DNA of 64,000 nt from Perkinsela sp. CCAP 1560/9 (Eukaryota > Protista > Euglenozoa: Kinetoplastea): the NCBI GenBank assembly GCA_965644495.1, contig CBFFSA010000001.1:3348001-3412000 (forward strand), written 5' to 3'. Position numbers and translations under genes: made by a program. The notes below the pieces were generated by a model that was given only the letters and a program-made list of their open reading frames with translations, ran no database searches and was not told the DNA's origin. Positions 1 through 11,030 of the stretch are shown here, piece after piece; position 1 is the first letter of the stretch, and every line of letters starts with the position of its first letter.

Positions 1-128
1 GCACCTATTATACCTAACCTTATAGGTTTCGACAATTGGAGATGTTTGACAAAATATCTGAAATTGCTTCTATGAGAATTTCTCACTCTTGACAGTTAAT
101 GCATACATTTATAATGCATACATGTATG

Positions 129-266
129 TGAGGGACTGTGGGTGAAACCTCGCGAAACCTCGATGAAACCTGGATAAAACCTCGGCGAAACCTGGATGAA
201 ACCTTGGTGAAAGCCTTGATGAAACCTCGTGAAACCCGGTGAAACCTCGCCACCCGCAGCCCCTCA
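129..266. mobile_element. MITE-like element with 16-bp TIRs (TGAGGGGCTGCGGGTG family) filled with GAAACCTCG-type repeats
   Basis: 129-144 TGAGGGACTGTGGGTG matches the reverse complement of 251-266 CACCCGCAGCCCCTCA at 14/16; the interior is ~9 copies of a GAAACCY-core unit. Confidence 0.65.
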
Positions 267-508
267 TGTGTCGTTGTGACTCAAACGCGTCACACGTTTA
301 TTTAGGATCTAGTGCTCTGAGAGCAAAAGTACGTAAAAGTACCCCCACTTTTACCGAAAAATGGACTATTTTTGGTTTAAATCCTTCCAGTTTCTTCCGC
401 TTTCGAAGCCAATTTTTCTTTTTTAGTCTCTTTATTTTTCAACGCGAAGCGCGTAGCACATAGAGCTGCGGGATTGCGGTGGTTATATAGGAGTCTGTGC
501 AAATATCA

Positions 509-597
509 CGTGAAATCTTGTGAAAATTCGTGAAGTTTTGTGAAGATTCGTGAAAATTCGTGAAGTTTTGTGAAGATTCGTGAAAATTCGTGAAAAC
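509..597. repeat. 10-bp tandem repeat (consensus TGAARWTTYG)
   Basis: About 9 consecutive 10-bp units. Confidence 0.85.
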
Positions 598-2449
598 TAA
601 AAATATCCCATTGAGCCACAGATTAAACTGTCCCGTAATACAGCCCCGAACTGTAGTCTAAACTACAGGGCAGGCGCGATGTTTCTGGGGGAGTCTAAAA
701 TTCGTAATATTTATCCAATTTTGGAAAGTAATAGCGCATTCGAGAGTTCTCGGAAGGTCTGATGCTTCCGCGCAATGCTTTTCCCGTTCGTTTATAAAAT
801 ATTTTTTTTGACAAAAAAAATAGGAAAGCGATAGTGCTCAAACATGCAATTTTACTCAAAAAGTTCGATTTTACGCGTTTTTTCTCCCTTATTGAACTCA
901 AAAAGTTCCTTTTATGCCCCGAAAAGGAAATTGATTTGTGCAATCGAGGGGGTGGGCCCTAGGACGCATCAAGGCATCTCATCGGATGCTGCTTGTATAC
1001 CATTACAAGGAAAATGATTCCTTTTCTGCGACTGGGCGTCGTTTTGGTGTAATAATTTTTCGTTTTGGCCAAATTATCCCACAGACCCTTGAATATCTTA
1101 CGAACGATGCTAAGACTACGTATGAACGCACTACATTAAGTATGCCAAAGCGGATGTTTATTGTCCGAGAGAAGAAAGGGGGTTACACCGGTTACTACCG
1201 TCCCCCCCTATTTACTATTTAGTACCTTGTCCCCCCTATTTAGTGTTTAATTTCAAAGCTTTGAATTGCCGCCGCGAAACGGCGTCGATTTTTTTTGTAC
1301 AACCCCGTTTACGAAAAATGGGACCAACCTTGAATATAATATATATTCAAATAAAGGGTCTTAAAGGGGAAATAAAGGGTCTTAACTCCGATGTATCGTG
1401 CGGAGATGATGACGATACCAGCCTTGATTCTTTGTCCCCTGAAAAGGAAGCACCCGTTCCACAATTAATTTCAGATCCAAGTGACGAACAATTGAAGTCC
1501 TTGGAGAAAAAAATCAATGTCAAGGATGCAATTTATCAAGAGGCTGCGTAACAAACCCTGCAAGACTAAACGAAAGGTTAGAACTCTTGAAAAGCGTGGA
1601 ACTAAGAGTGTGGGGGATTTCATAGGGGCCGAAACGCGGAGAACAGAAATAGAACTCAAAGTACAATTTTTAAAGTAGGACAATGCAAACGCTCGCGCGG
1701 AGTGTCAGAATTAAAAACGTTTCACTAAATTAATAAACGAGAGGCAAAAAACAATTTTTTCCATCGTTACATATCGTAGGCCTTGTTTTTCCCCTTCGTT
1801 AGCGTAATTTATCTAATTTTGTTTACATATGGTTTCTGCTCTGAGCATTAGTTTACGAGAAATATATGAGACAATACGGTATGCTTCTTACGTCATTATG
1901 GATAGTTTATTTTATTATACGAATGTACGAATGTTTTATCGTTACGATTCCTACCTCCAACCATTCAAAATATTCAACAAATTGGCACACCTTGTGCAAA
2001 TATTTTTCTTTCTGCACAATACATCGTCGTACCCTCTTTATCACTATACCACTTTCCTAACTTCCGCTTTAGATTTCTACGAACTTTAAATTAAATTTCA
2101 GATGAGTGCTATGTAGATCGACATAATTTTAGAGAAAATATCCTCTTGCATCCAACCGGGTCCCAAATGGCTTCCAATGCTCTTGAGGGCCTTTAAAGTA
2201 CCTGAGTTCTCCTCCTTGGTTGATGACTAAAAAATGACGGTTGAGGGAAGTGTAAGTTTCTTGGATGGAAGTATAAGGGGAGTCCTGATTCATTGTCTGG
2301 AATGAAAATGTAGGTATAAAGGGAGGGATCACCCTCTGAAATATAAAAGGGGGTGACAGTACTATCCAAATTCTTCCGATATGGCAATGATATTTTTCTA
2401 GCTCCCGTATTTTGTGCTGCGGGTAACACCGAGTACCATGCGTACGGTA

Positions 2450-2517
2450 CGCGAGTACGGTACTCAAGTACTCAAGACCCTAGGTACTCATTTGAGTACT
2501 TGAGTACCGTACTCGCG
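2450..2517. repeat. Perfect 26-bp inverted repeat (hairpin)
   Basis: 2450-2475 CGCGAGTACGGTACTCAAGTACTCAA and 2492-2517 TTGAGTACTTGAGTACCGTACTCGCG are exact reverse complements. Confidence 0.9.
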
Positions 2518-2533
2518 AATGTATGTCTAGAGA

Positions 2534-2616
2534 GATCTCGCGTGATCTCGCATGATCTCACGTGATGTCGCATGATCTCGCGTAATCTCATATTGGGCCT
2601 CACCCGCAGCCCCTCA
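2534..2616. mobile_element. Right end of a TGAGGGGCTGCGGGTG-family element with GATCTCGCRT 10-bp repeats
   Basis: About 6 GATCTCGCRT units, then CACCCGCAGCCCCTCA at 2601-2616; another left-end copy lies at 2783-2798. Confidence 0.6.
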
Positions 2617-3233
2617 AGTGTATCCCGAGATCGCAGCAAAACGAAACAAAAACCAAAACAAACCAGTATGTTCAAGCAGAGATTCAAACCAACAAATAAT
2701 GGTGACTGATGATGATGCATTGGGCCTTTTGACTCCGAAAAGTTATGGCCCCTCAACTCCCCAAACGGGTAGTCCGAATGCGTGAGGGGCTGCGGGTGGG
2801 GATTCGGTGCGGTCTCGGCGCGGCGTACGCACTTATCTCAGTGCAAGAACAGAAAGTGTGGAATGGGTGGGGGGTGGGGGCAGGGGCGTAGAAGGCGAAG
2901 GCGAGGCTACATGAATCCGGACATTGTTGGAGAGGAAATCTCAATGAAATTTACGGTTATTAACAAATCTGCACGGTTAGTACAAATCTACTAAAAGGAA
3001 TATACGCGTGATTTTACCAAAGAAAGGGGTAACCCTGATACACTCATTTATAAACCCCGCGTCACCAACAAGTGACCCCCCCTTATTTTTAGCACAGGGG
3101 GTCGTGGGGCGGTTATCATACCACGTTGTCGTTCAAAATTTTGAGATCTGTACGTTCCCGCTGTTTTTAGCTCATTTTAAAACTTTAAAATTCAGTAAAA
3201 AAAAATTTAAATTTTTCAACGTTTTTTTCAAAA

Positions 3234-4200
3234 ATGCCAAAATCGCCATATCGACTCCCAAGAGGGGGGCTGATTCTAGTGGAAAGGTTCTTTTAAAGAT
3301 GAGGCACGGACAAGGAGTACCAATAAAAGAGCTAGCCCGTGATTTCAACGTTTCTAGAAGGATAGTTAAAAAATATTTGAACGAAAAAAAAACTACCCCA
3401 GTATACACTTTGAGTCCTGAGCGAAAAAAAATAATGAACTCGTAAAACGAAAATTGAGAAGATAATAACCCCTCTTGACCCCGCTGGAGTACCGAGACTC
3501 AATTCATCAAGGCGCATAGCAGCCCAATTGAAGAAAAAGAATATACAAGTTTCAAAAAGAACTGTACAGAGAGACTTATCATCCCTGGATTACAGTTATG
3601 CCGCTCGACCGCTATGCCAAGGGCTTACCGAACGACAAAAAGTAAAAAGAGTTCAATTTGCGTTGAATTACAATATGGATACTTCCCGTGTCATCTTTAC
3701 AGACGAAAAAATATTTGATACGAATGATGGCAGAAGAAAAATGTGGGTAAGGCGCGGTCAAAAAGCAGCCCCGCGTCAAAAAGTACGTTGGGCACCAAGA
3801 TGCCAAGTTTGGGGTGCTGTAGGGGTGGGGTGGAGGTACTTGGTAATTCTACAAAATGACACATCTATTACAAGTGAGACGTACATAGAAACATTAAAAG
3901 AGGTAGATTTCCCCCCTAATCGTATTTTTCAGCAAGATAGGGCAACGGCACACACTGCTCGTGCCTCAAAGGAGTACATTGAAAGCGCAATGAGTGAACT
4001 TCTGAAAAATTGGCCCCCCAACTCACCAGATCTTTCCCCAATAGAAAACGTCTGGTCTATGGTCCAAGGGGCGGTGGACGAACAGACCCCATCGGATAAG
4101 CCTTCACTCATCCGATGTGTACGCAAAGCGTGGTCTCGCTTGTCTCAAAATGTGATCGACAAAACGGTCTTAAGCTTTGACTCACGCCTTAAGGAGTGTA
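3234..4200 (+). pseudogene. Tc1/IS630-family transposase (DD35E), frameshifted and 3'-interrupted
   Basis: HTH (IKELARDFNVSRRIV), second HTH (VSKRTVQRDL), FTDEK, VWG, FQQDRATAH and WPPNSPDLSPIENVW. 35 residues lie between the second D and E. Frameshifts occur near homopolymers at ~3265 and ~3430, and the ORF is cut at TA 4199-4200. Confidence 0.85.
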
Positions 4201-7200
4201 CACCCCTGTTCCACTTTTTTGCCCGCAATTGATTGAGCGCACCAGATGAGCTTTTCGAATAATTTTTTCAGCAAAGTACGTAGATGATTCGCCAGAGCGT
4301 GTAAAAAATGCGTTTTTCACCCCTTATTTCAGCTGTGGCGACTGAGCAAAAAAGGTTCGTTTTTTCCACGTTTTTCAGTAACAAATTGCATTTTTTTTTG
4401 TTTTTTTAGGTTATTTTACCACAATTTATGTATACTTCTATCTTCCATTTCTCTTTTGAAATGTCCTGATTATTTATTCTATGAACAATACTGCGTTTTT
4501 AAGACTCCTTCGTTTTATTAATAATATTTCTTACTAGTAATGCACAATCGTCACCCAAGTTCTTTATCCCTTGAAGATTTAGTTCGCTCTGGCGAATTGA
4601 TCCAACTTCAGAGCGGGAGATATTTTTTATGCGACCGAGATCAGGATGCGTTGCCTACCTTGACCCCTCCACTGTCAGATTCTTTCATCTCCTCAGAGCT
4701 TCATCTTTCTGTTTCCTCTTCTTCGGTACCACCTGATACTCCTGTCGAGGGTGATTTAACATTCTTCGTTTCACCTGTGGTTGCTTCTCCTCCTGTCGGA
4801 AATCCTCCAGACCTTCCTCTCTTAGCATCCGACTTTTCTGATACAGAAAGTGACGACGTATCTTGTACTTCCTCGATTGTTGAGGACAACTGGAGCGAAG
4901 AAAAGGGCGTCGAAGCGTATGCAGCTTCCCTAGGTCATATGAGGGAGGAAGGTGAATCTTTTGAATCATTCGTGACTAGGATGCAAAATTCGGAACCCCC
5001 TATGGAGCAAACAGGGGAGCAAATGAACCTGATTGACCTCATTACGACTTCTCATGCAGCAGGAGTGGAAGTGAATCTTGTCGAGCACATCACGACTTCA
5101 CATGGCGTTTTGCCGACGGAAACGGAAGAAAAATTGAGAGCCGAGTTGAGAGACAGTCGAGACCTTTGTCGGGTTAAAGCCAAAGAATGTACCTCTCTGA
5201 GAAAGAAAATCACAGCGATGGAGAAAAAGCTCGTATCTTCTCAAAATGAACGAGCGGATATCGTGAAAATGATTAGTGAATTGCGTGAAAGGTGCAGCAT
5301 CGCTGAAATTGAAAAAGACAAGGCTGTTCAGTTAAAAGAAGGAGTTACCCTGGAATGCGAGAAAAGAGCGGCTAAAGAAATTAAACTCCTAAATATCTTG
5401 AGCTACCTCCAGCAACGACCCGTTGAAGAAGCACCTTCTTCTGATGAAGGGGATTCAGTTATACGGCGTGGGCGTCCCTTAAAGCGCAAGCGTGGAAGAA
5501 AACCGCGAGATACCGATTCTCTACCAATCCTAGTCCACGGAAAAGGGGCGCTCAATGAGGAAGACAAATTTGCCTTCAAAAAGATTCAATCAACGGGACG
5601 AGTGCAACGTTGGGAGTTGGGCTACATGTTTTCTTTGGAGCGCACGACATGTCGGCGGCTCTGGAATTCTCCTCTCAAAGTTTCCACCGGAGAGGAGCAG
5701 GGTGAAAGCAATTCCATTGTGAAATGGGAACACTACGATGCGGCTACTGACCTTTTGCCGCAAGCAATTTCTATGTACGGCTCGTACCGTACAATTACAG
5801 ATATTCAATGCGCGTACGTGAAGCTGACAAACTTCAAGATCGTCCCTTCTCGCAAGAAGGTACGCCAATTATTATTGCACCATAAGTATCACTACGGACC
5901 GAAAGTTCATACTCTTTGTCTGAGTGTAACAAAGATGGAAGCCCGAGTTCGCTTTGCACAAGCAATGCTACAAGAGCAGGACAATCGAGACCAAAATTTT
6001 TTTTCGCGCCTAATTTTTTCTGACGAGGTTATGATACAGGCCGGTGACTCATCCAGAAAAACCTGGCAACACCCGGATTCCCCAGTATCCAAATACCGCA
6101 CGGACCTTCCACCTCAAATAATGTTATGGGGCGCTATGGATGTCGACGGGAATTTCCTCCATCACTGGTGTGAATTCAAATCTTTTTACGACGAATATAC
6201 TCGAAACGGGGGTCAAGAAGAAATTCCTCCAAACAAAGGGCTCGGAACATTGTATTATCGAAGTTGCTTTTTGCAAAAGACGTATCTTCCGTGGGAAAAG
6301 ATAGGAAACAAAATTTTTATGGACGATAACGCGCCTGGGCACAAGGCCATACTAACAATCGCCTGGTGGAAATCTCATCCCCGGGTTGAGGCTCTGCGGC
6401 TTTGTAAAGAGGTGAAGAGTGCTCAGACTCTCCCAAGATGGCCAGCAGACTCCCCGGATCTAAACCCAATAGAAAATCTCTGGAGTATTCTCATGCTGTA
6501 CAAGAATAAACATAGACCAAATACCGTGAGTGAAATAAAGGAAGTATGCGATCGATACTTGAAGTCTCCTGCTTGTCGGAAGGAATGTTATAAACTGTAC
6601 CGTACTTTTAAAAAACGAATGGAAATGGTTATTTTGTATGGAGGAAAGAAGATCCCTTACTGAAATACTACAGTGAATCTTTCATCCACTTTAGTATTTC
6701 GATAGAAATTATGCAATTTTCTGCAAGTTTTAGTTCAGAGGAACATGTTTAAGTATTTGCATCTCTGTGAAAACCGCGTCTGCCTTTGACAAAATTTTTT
6801 TAAAAAAAAAAAAAAAATTTCTTTTTCTTTTCGATGTTCTTCTTTCAGAGATGACACGTCTTTTGACAAGACACGAGCTTTGATGATGAAATCTCCCCCA
6901 CCTAAACCAAAGAGGAGGCTCTCACACTCTCCCAGGATGGCCTGCAGACTCCTCGGATCTGCCTTTCCTATCAAACCGAGTTATTTTACTTGAAGATGAG
7001 ATTTTTTGAAAGGTTTCACAGGATTTTTTTCACTGCCCAGATGAGCAAATTCTCAGATTTTTGCCCTTCCTCCCACGTTAATCGCATGCTGTTTAACTAT
7101 AGGCATATTTTTCCCTGGTAGGGCATCACCTAATTATGCCGAAAAACCACTCTTTAGACCCAAATAGAAACTTTTTTTTATCACATAATACCGGGCAAAA

Positions 7201-7216
7201 CAGGGGAACGGGGGTG
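4201..7216 (+). mobile_element. 3016-bp Tc1/mariner-superfamily transposon with 25-bp TIRs and TA target duplication
   Basis: 4201-4225 CACCCCTGTTCCACTTTTTTGCCCG matches the reverse complement of 7192-7216 at 22/25; TA at 4199-4200 and 7217-7218; single long ORF inside. Confidence 0.88.
4540..6663 (+). CDS. Tc1-like DDE transposase, 707 aa, DD48E spacing, long N-terminal acidic/coiled-coil/AT-hook-like extension
   Basis: LIFSDE, MLWGAM, FMDDNAPGH, WPADSPDLNPIENLW and C-terminal VILYGGKKIPY; uninterrupted ORF within the TIRs. Confidence 0.9.
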   Translation: MHNRHPSSLSLEDLVRSGELIQLQSGRYFLCDRDQDALPTLTPPLSDSFISSELHLSVSSSSVPPDTPVEGDLTFFVSPVVASPPVGNPPDLPLLASDFSDTESDDVSCTSSIVEDNWSEEKGVEAYAASLGHMREEGESFESFVTRMQNSEPPMEQTGEQMNLIDLITTSHAAGVEVNLVEHITTSHGVLPTETEEKLRAELRDSRDLCRVKAKECTSLRKKITAMEKKLVSSQNERADIVKMISELRERCSIAEIEKDKAVQLKEGVTLECEKRAAKEIKLLNILSYLQQRPVEEAPSSDEGDSVIRRGRPLKRKRGRKPRDTDSLPILVHGKGALNEEDKFAFKKIQSTGRVQRWELGYMFSLERTTCRRLWNSPLKVSTGEEQGESNSIVKWEHYDAATDLLPQAISMYGSYRTITDIQCAYVKLTNFKIVPSRKKVRQLLLHHKYHYGPKVHTLCLSVTKMEARVRFAQAMLQEQDNRDQNFFSRLIFSDEVMIQAGDSSRKTWQHPDSPVSKYRTDLPPQIMLWGAMDVDGNFLHHWCEFKSFYDEYTRNGGQEEIPPNKGLGTLYYRSCFLQKTYLPWEKIGNKIFMDDNAPGHKAILTIAWWKSHPRVEALRLCKEVKSAQTLPRWPADSPDLNPIENLWSILMLYKNKHRPNTVSEIKEVCDRYLKSPACRKECYKLYRTFKKRMEMVILYGGKKIPY

Positions 7217-7427
7217 TACAAAGCTGTGCCGTAACCCCCTTTACCCCCCCTGTACAAAAAATGAGGGGGGTGACTTATTTATAAAGAATTTGCGGGGGTT
7301 GTTTACAACCTCTGCCTCTTCGTCTTTATGGTGGCCGGGTGGGGGTGAATCGAGGCGGATGATAAAACCCCGAAAAAGGGGTGAGTATGGTCGATGAAAG
7401 GGATACTGTTGATTTTCATTTTCGCCA

Positions 7428-7508
7428 GAGGGTCTGATTAGCCAAGTCATCAGGTCCAGTGACTCTACATCTGAGAGGCCTGAGTTCGATTCCCACAGAA
7501 GTACTTTT
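7428..7508 (+). pseudogene. Degenerate tRNA-like sequence (possible SINE head or Pol III A/B boxes)
   Basis: A-box-like TAGCCAAGT and B-box-like GAGTTCGATTCCC at tRNA spacing, followed by TTTT; acceptor and T stems are mispaired. Confidence 0.45.
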
Positions 7509-7846
7509 AGTCCGACTACACAGGGATTAGCTAATAAGCTCGGGTCCACGATATCCGAACGGATTCGTCCATTTGTCTATCCCACCCATTAGCATGCGCG
7601 TTCGAAGGGGGTTCGAACCCGCTACTCGTCGTTTTTGCACAAACTACATGAAGCACGAACGTCGTTAGTGGGAAGCACTTTGCGAATCCGAAGGGATGGT
7701 ATTGCGAGGGCTCGCGTGAGCGGGCCTGAGCCATACGCGGCGTCGTTAGTGGGAAGCAATTTGCGAAGCCCCGTTTAATAACAACCACCGCTTTTTAACG
7801 CAGCTATCACACCGACATATGAAAGGGGGAGTATCATCACAATTGA

Positions 7847-8079
7847 ATTCGGAACACATACCCGAGGGGAGGGAGTCACGAATGACCTCGGAGGCAGATA
7901 ACTGCCTCCGGAGCGTGCACCCTCAGGACACGGAGTCTTCGAAAAGACCTCGAATACCATACCGAACATGATTCGGAACACATACCCGAGGGGAGGGAGT
8001 CACGAATGACCTCGGAGGCAGATGACTACCCCCGGAGCGTGCACCCTCGGGACACGGAGTCTTCGAAAAGACCTCGAAT
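7847..8079 (-). repeat. Two 109-bp highly structured direct repeats (period 124 bp); candidate structured RNA on the - strand
   Basis: Copies at 7847-7955 and 7971-8079; nested stems and two UUCG-capped hairpins on the - strand. Confidence 0.75.
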
Positions 8080-8431
8080 TTGATTATTAATAGAGGGCTG
8101 CACAGTATGTCGTGCCAGGCCGGTTCCCAAGCATTTCCTTATTATTAGAACTTTGGAGAAAATTGAATACGTAAAGTAGATGAATAAATAAGTGGACTTG
8201 TAAAGAATGTGTCCAAGAAATAAAATACAGGACCTTTATTTTTTTTCCATCATCCGCTTATTTCAGTAACATATCGGTTTAATATTGCGTTTGATTTGCG
8301 CTCTTCCCTCACACTTTCTCGTTTTTTGTTCACGAGAACGCCGGGCTTGGGACCGGTATCGAGCGTGTTTATGGAGCTTTGATGATGCGTGCTACAAGCA
8401 CTACAAGGAGCGCTGATCGAAATCTCAAGAC

Positions 8432-8860
8432 TTGAGTGAAGACTCTGCGGAGACAACGAACCCAAAGTCTTTAGAAGAGTATACATGTATCTCTGAAGCC
8501 CTTCCATGTTTTGCCGCACAAAGTAATCTATCTACCGAGGGGTTCCTGAGTTGTGTTCGACTCCAGTTTGAGGAGTTTCCTGCTAATGTCTCACCTTCAG
8601 AAGTTGCTTGCATTCTTCCTTCTCCTCGCGAGTTTCACCTTAGCGAGCGCCGGATTGCCGATATGATTTGGGACGATATTCAGCGTAACATTGACGGAGC
8701 AAAATTCTTTGGGTTGGCGGTAGACGGGGGGGTTGACAAAGTTTGAAATGAACATGTACTTATCGCAATCTTGTACGTCGTGGACCGGAACTTCCTTCTA
8801 CCTCCGATTTACCACCCGAAATACTATTTTCATGGTGCCTCTGATGACGCCGTGTGTATC
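8432..8860 (+). pseudogene. hAT-superfamily transposase fragment
   Basis: IWDDIQRNIDGAKFFGLAVDGGVD resembles the first catalytic Asp motif of hAT transposases (FFS-h-h-h-DE-x-TD); the ORF is broken. Confidence 0.5.
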
Positions 8861-9510
8861 TCAGCTTCTTATTCTTAACACCCGCAACCTTGTGGTGGCT
8901 CCTCATCATCAGCAGTTATCATCCCTCAGCAGCAGTTATCATTCCTCTCTCAGTTATCCCCGTCTCTCTCTAAAAGAAGAGCACGACGTCGACCGTGAAA
9001 ATACCTGAGAGGGTGGAGATACTTAGGATAAGATGGAGATACTTAGGGTGGAGATACTTGATTTTTACTGCATTTCGCGAATCAGTTGCACTGTTTAGTA
9101 GCATTTTTACTATCTTTCTTTATGCACATTTTTTTCTTACTGTCAACTCACTCAATGGAAAAGTACCTATTCGCGTAATGCGAGATCCTTCATTCCCTTT
9201 CACCCTCTTCACCCCCTTCACACAGACTTCCCTTCCACCCATCTTCCCTTTCGCCTTCCTTCGCTTTCAATTCCCCTGCAATAACAGGTAACCTGAAGTT
9301 CGAACGCAAAGAAAAGGTCATGGCAGTACTACTCTACAGAATTTTTGGGTAAACGGAAAAAAAACTTTTTGAAAGTTTTATAGTAAAAAAAAGTATAAAA
9401 AGTACTTTAAAGTAACTTTCATCCACTGAAAAAAACTTTTTTTTACTATAAAAAAGTTTCCGCGAACCCTGGTTAATTCCAAAAACTGAAAATGCCCTTC
9501 AAAGAAGGGA

Positions 9511-9890
9511 CTGCAGTGGCAGCTGCAGTGGCACGTGAGAGAGGAAGAATACTGCCACGTGAGGCCTTGACGGCAGTGGAAGTACAGTGGTACGTGAGAG
9601 AGTAAGTGTACTGCCACGTGAGGCAGTGACTGCAGCGTAGCTGCAGTGGCACATGAGAGAGTGAGAGCACTGCCACGTGAGGAAGTGTCTGCAGTGATGC
9701 AGTGTAGCTGCAGTGGCACGTGCGAGGGTAAGTGCACTGCCACGTGAGGCAGTGGCTGCAGTTCAGCTACAGTGGCACGTGAGAGAGTAAGAGTACTGCC
9801 ACGTGATGCCGTGACTGCAGTGCAAGTACAGTGGCACGTGAGAGAGTAAGAGCAGTGCCACGTGAGGCAGTGACTGCAGTGATGCAGTCC
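9511..9890. repeat. ~60-bp minisatellite (6 units) with paired CACGTG boxes
   Basis: Repeated unit CAGTGGCACGTGAGAGAGTAAGNGYACTGCCACGTGAGGCAGTGACTGCAG... Confidence 0.9.
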
Positions 9891-10072
9891 CACTTTTTCA
9901 AGGGGTGGCTAGCTGGCCACTTTTTCGAGGGGTGGCCAGCGGGCCACTTTTCGGGGGATGATTTCTTTCGGGGGCGATTTTTTAGAAGATGATTGGCATT
10001 ATTTTGTCAATTCTTACTGCCATGACACCCACGAATTTTACTGATTGATACGACGAAACTGTTTTTTGTAGA

Positions 10073-10279
10073 ATCCAGGTATAAAGGAGCGAGGGAGATA
10101 CGAAGCAACAGATGTAGCAGATTCCCACTAAAAAGATATCGTGTCTCCCTGCAGGAAGTTGACTCCAAGCTAGAAAGCGCATAGGTAGACATTTCTCGTT
10201 CAGGGAGATACGATTTCTTTTCAGTGGGAATCTGCTACATCTGTTGCTTCGTATCTCCCTCGCCCCTTTATACCTGGAT
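10073..10279. mobile_element. Fold-back/MITE with ~78-bp inverted arms
   Basis: ATCCAGGTATAAAGG...TCTCCCTG (10073-10150) is mirrored by CAGGGAGA...CCTTTATACCTGGAT (10201-10279) with few mismatches. Confidence 0.8.
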
Positions 10280-11030
10280 CTTTTAATAACAGTCTTGGTC
10301 TGTGTTCAACTTCGCGCTATTCATTGCCATTGAAATTGCTTAGATGTATCCTAATTGTAATTACGTGCATTGCTAATTGTTTAACTGTGTTCACTAGAAA
10401 GTCCATTCTGAGCATTTTTGTTTTATTCTTTACGTGCTACAAATGAATGCAGATGCAGTCCTTCACACTCACTGCGTCTGAAACTTGTAGCATCCTCGTA
10501 TTCTCCGGTACTTAATCCCTCCTCTTTGGCAACTTCCACTGCAGAACGTTACCATCGTGCTTTCTCCACATCGAATGGTACACCATCGAACATGTATACC
10601 TGCCTCAGCAGCCTACTTTCGTTTATGATTAATACTCACGCACTTACAGTTGCTTTTCAGCTCTTCGTTTTCTTCTGCTGCATCAAGAACCGGTATCATT
10701 GTAAACAGTTCGCTCGCACGGCGAATCGCTTCAAGGATGTTTTCTGGCTTATTTACTTTTACTGGTGGAATTCTGACCTTACTCCACGCTTGAACATTGG
10801 CATGCCTCTGCCGATTATCATTAAGGTGGGCGTACGTTTCGAAGGGAGAGGGGCCTTCAAATTCATTACCAAATATTCTTTGTAAGTATATTCTAAAAGA
10901 TTTTCAAAAACAAAAACCAAATTTATAAATTTTATAATTTTAATATTTTTTTTGCAAAAAATTCTGACTCGCCATTTATAAAAATCAGTGAGAGATAGAG
11001 TAGTGTATAATCATCGATCTGGCAATTTAA

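Larger units (their letters stand above)
3067..7279 (+). mobile_element. Outer Tc1-like element, interrupted by a nested insertion (ends approximate)
   Basis: Imperfect ~35-bp inverted repeats at 3067-3101 and 7246-7279 enclose the DD35E transposase and the nested element. Confidence 0.55.

Noticed and set aside
239-2994. Short ORFs in the first 3 kb
   Set aside because: They run through repeats and transposon ends and contain no recognisable domains.
7428-7508. Amber-suppressor tRNA (CTA in the anticodon-loop position)
   Set aside because: Acceptor, anticodon and T stems do not pair properly, and TAG is used as a normal stop in several genes here.
7570-7700. HDV-like ribozyme on the minus strand (GCUAAUGGG and a possible P2)
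   Set aside because: No P3/L3 (UCC-x-CG) or P1.1 elements could be placed.
9511-9890. CRISPR-like array
   Set aside because: The 'spacers' are themselves repeated, there are no cas genes, and the context is eukaryotic; it is a minisatellite.
10380-10885. 155-aa + strand ORF, or a possible minus-strand LINE 3' remnant (RLLRQVY..W)
   Set aside because: The + ORF has no ATG start or motif, and the - strand similarity is too short and stop-ridden to call.
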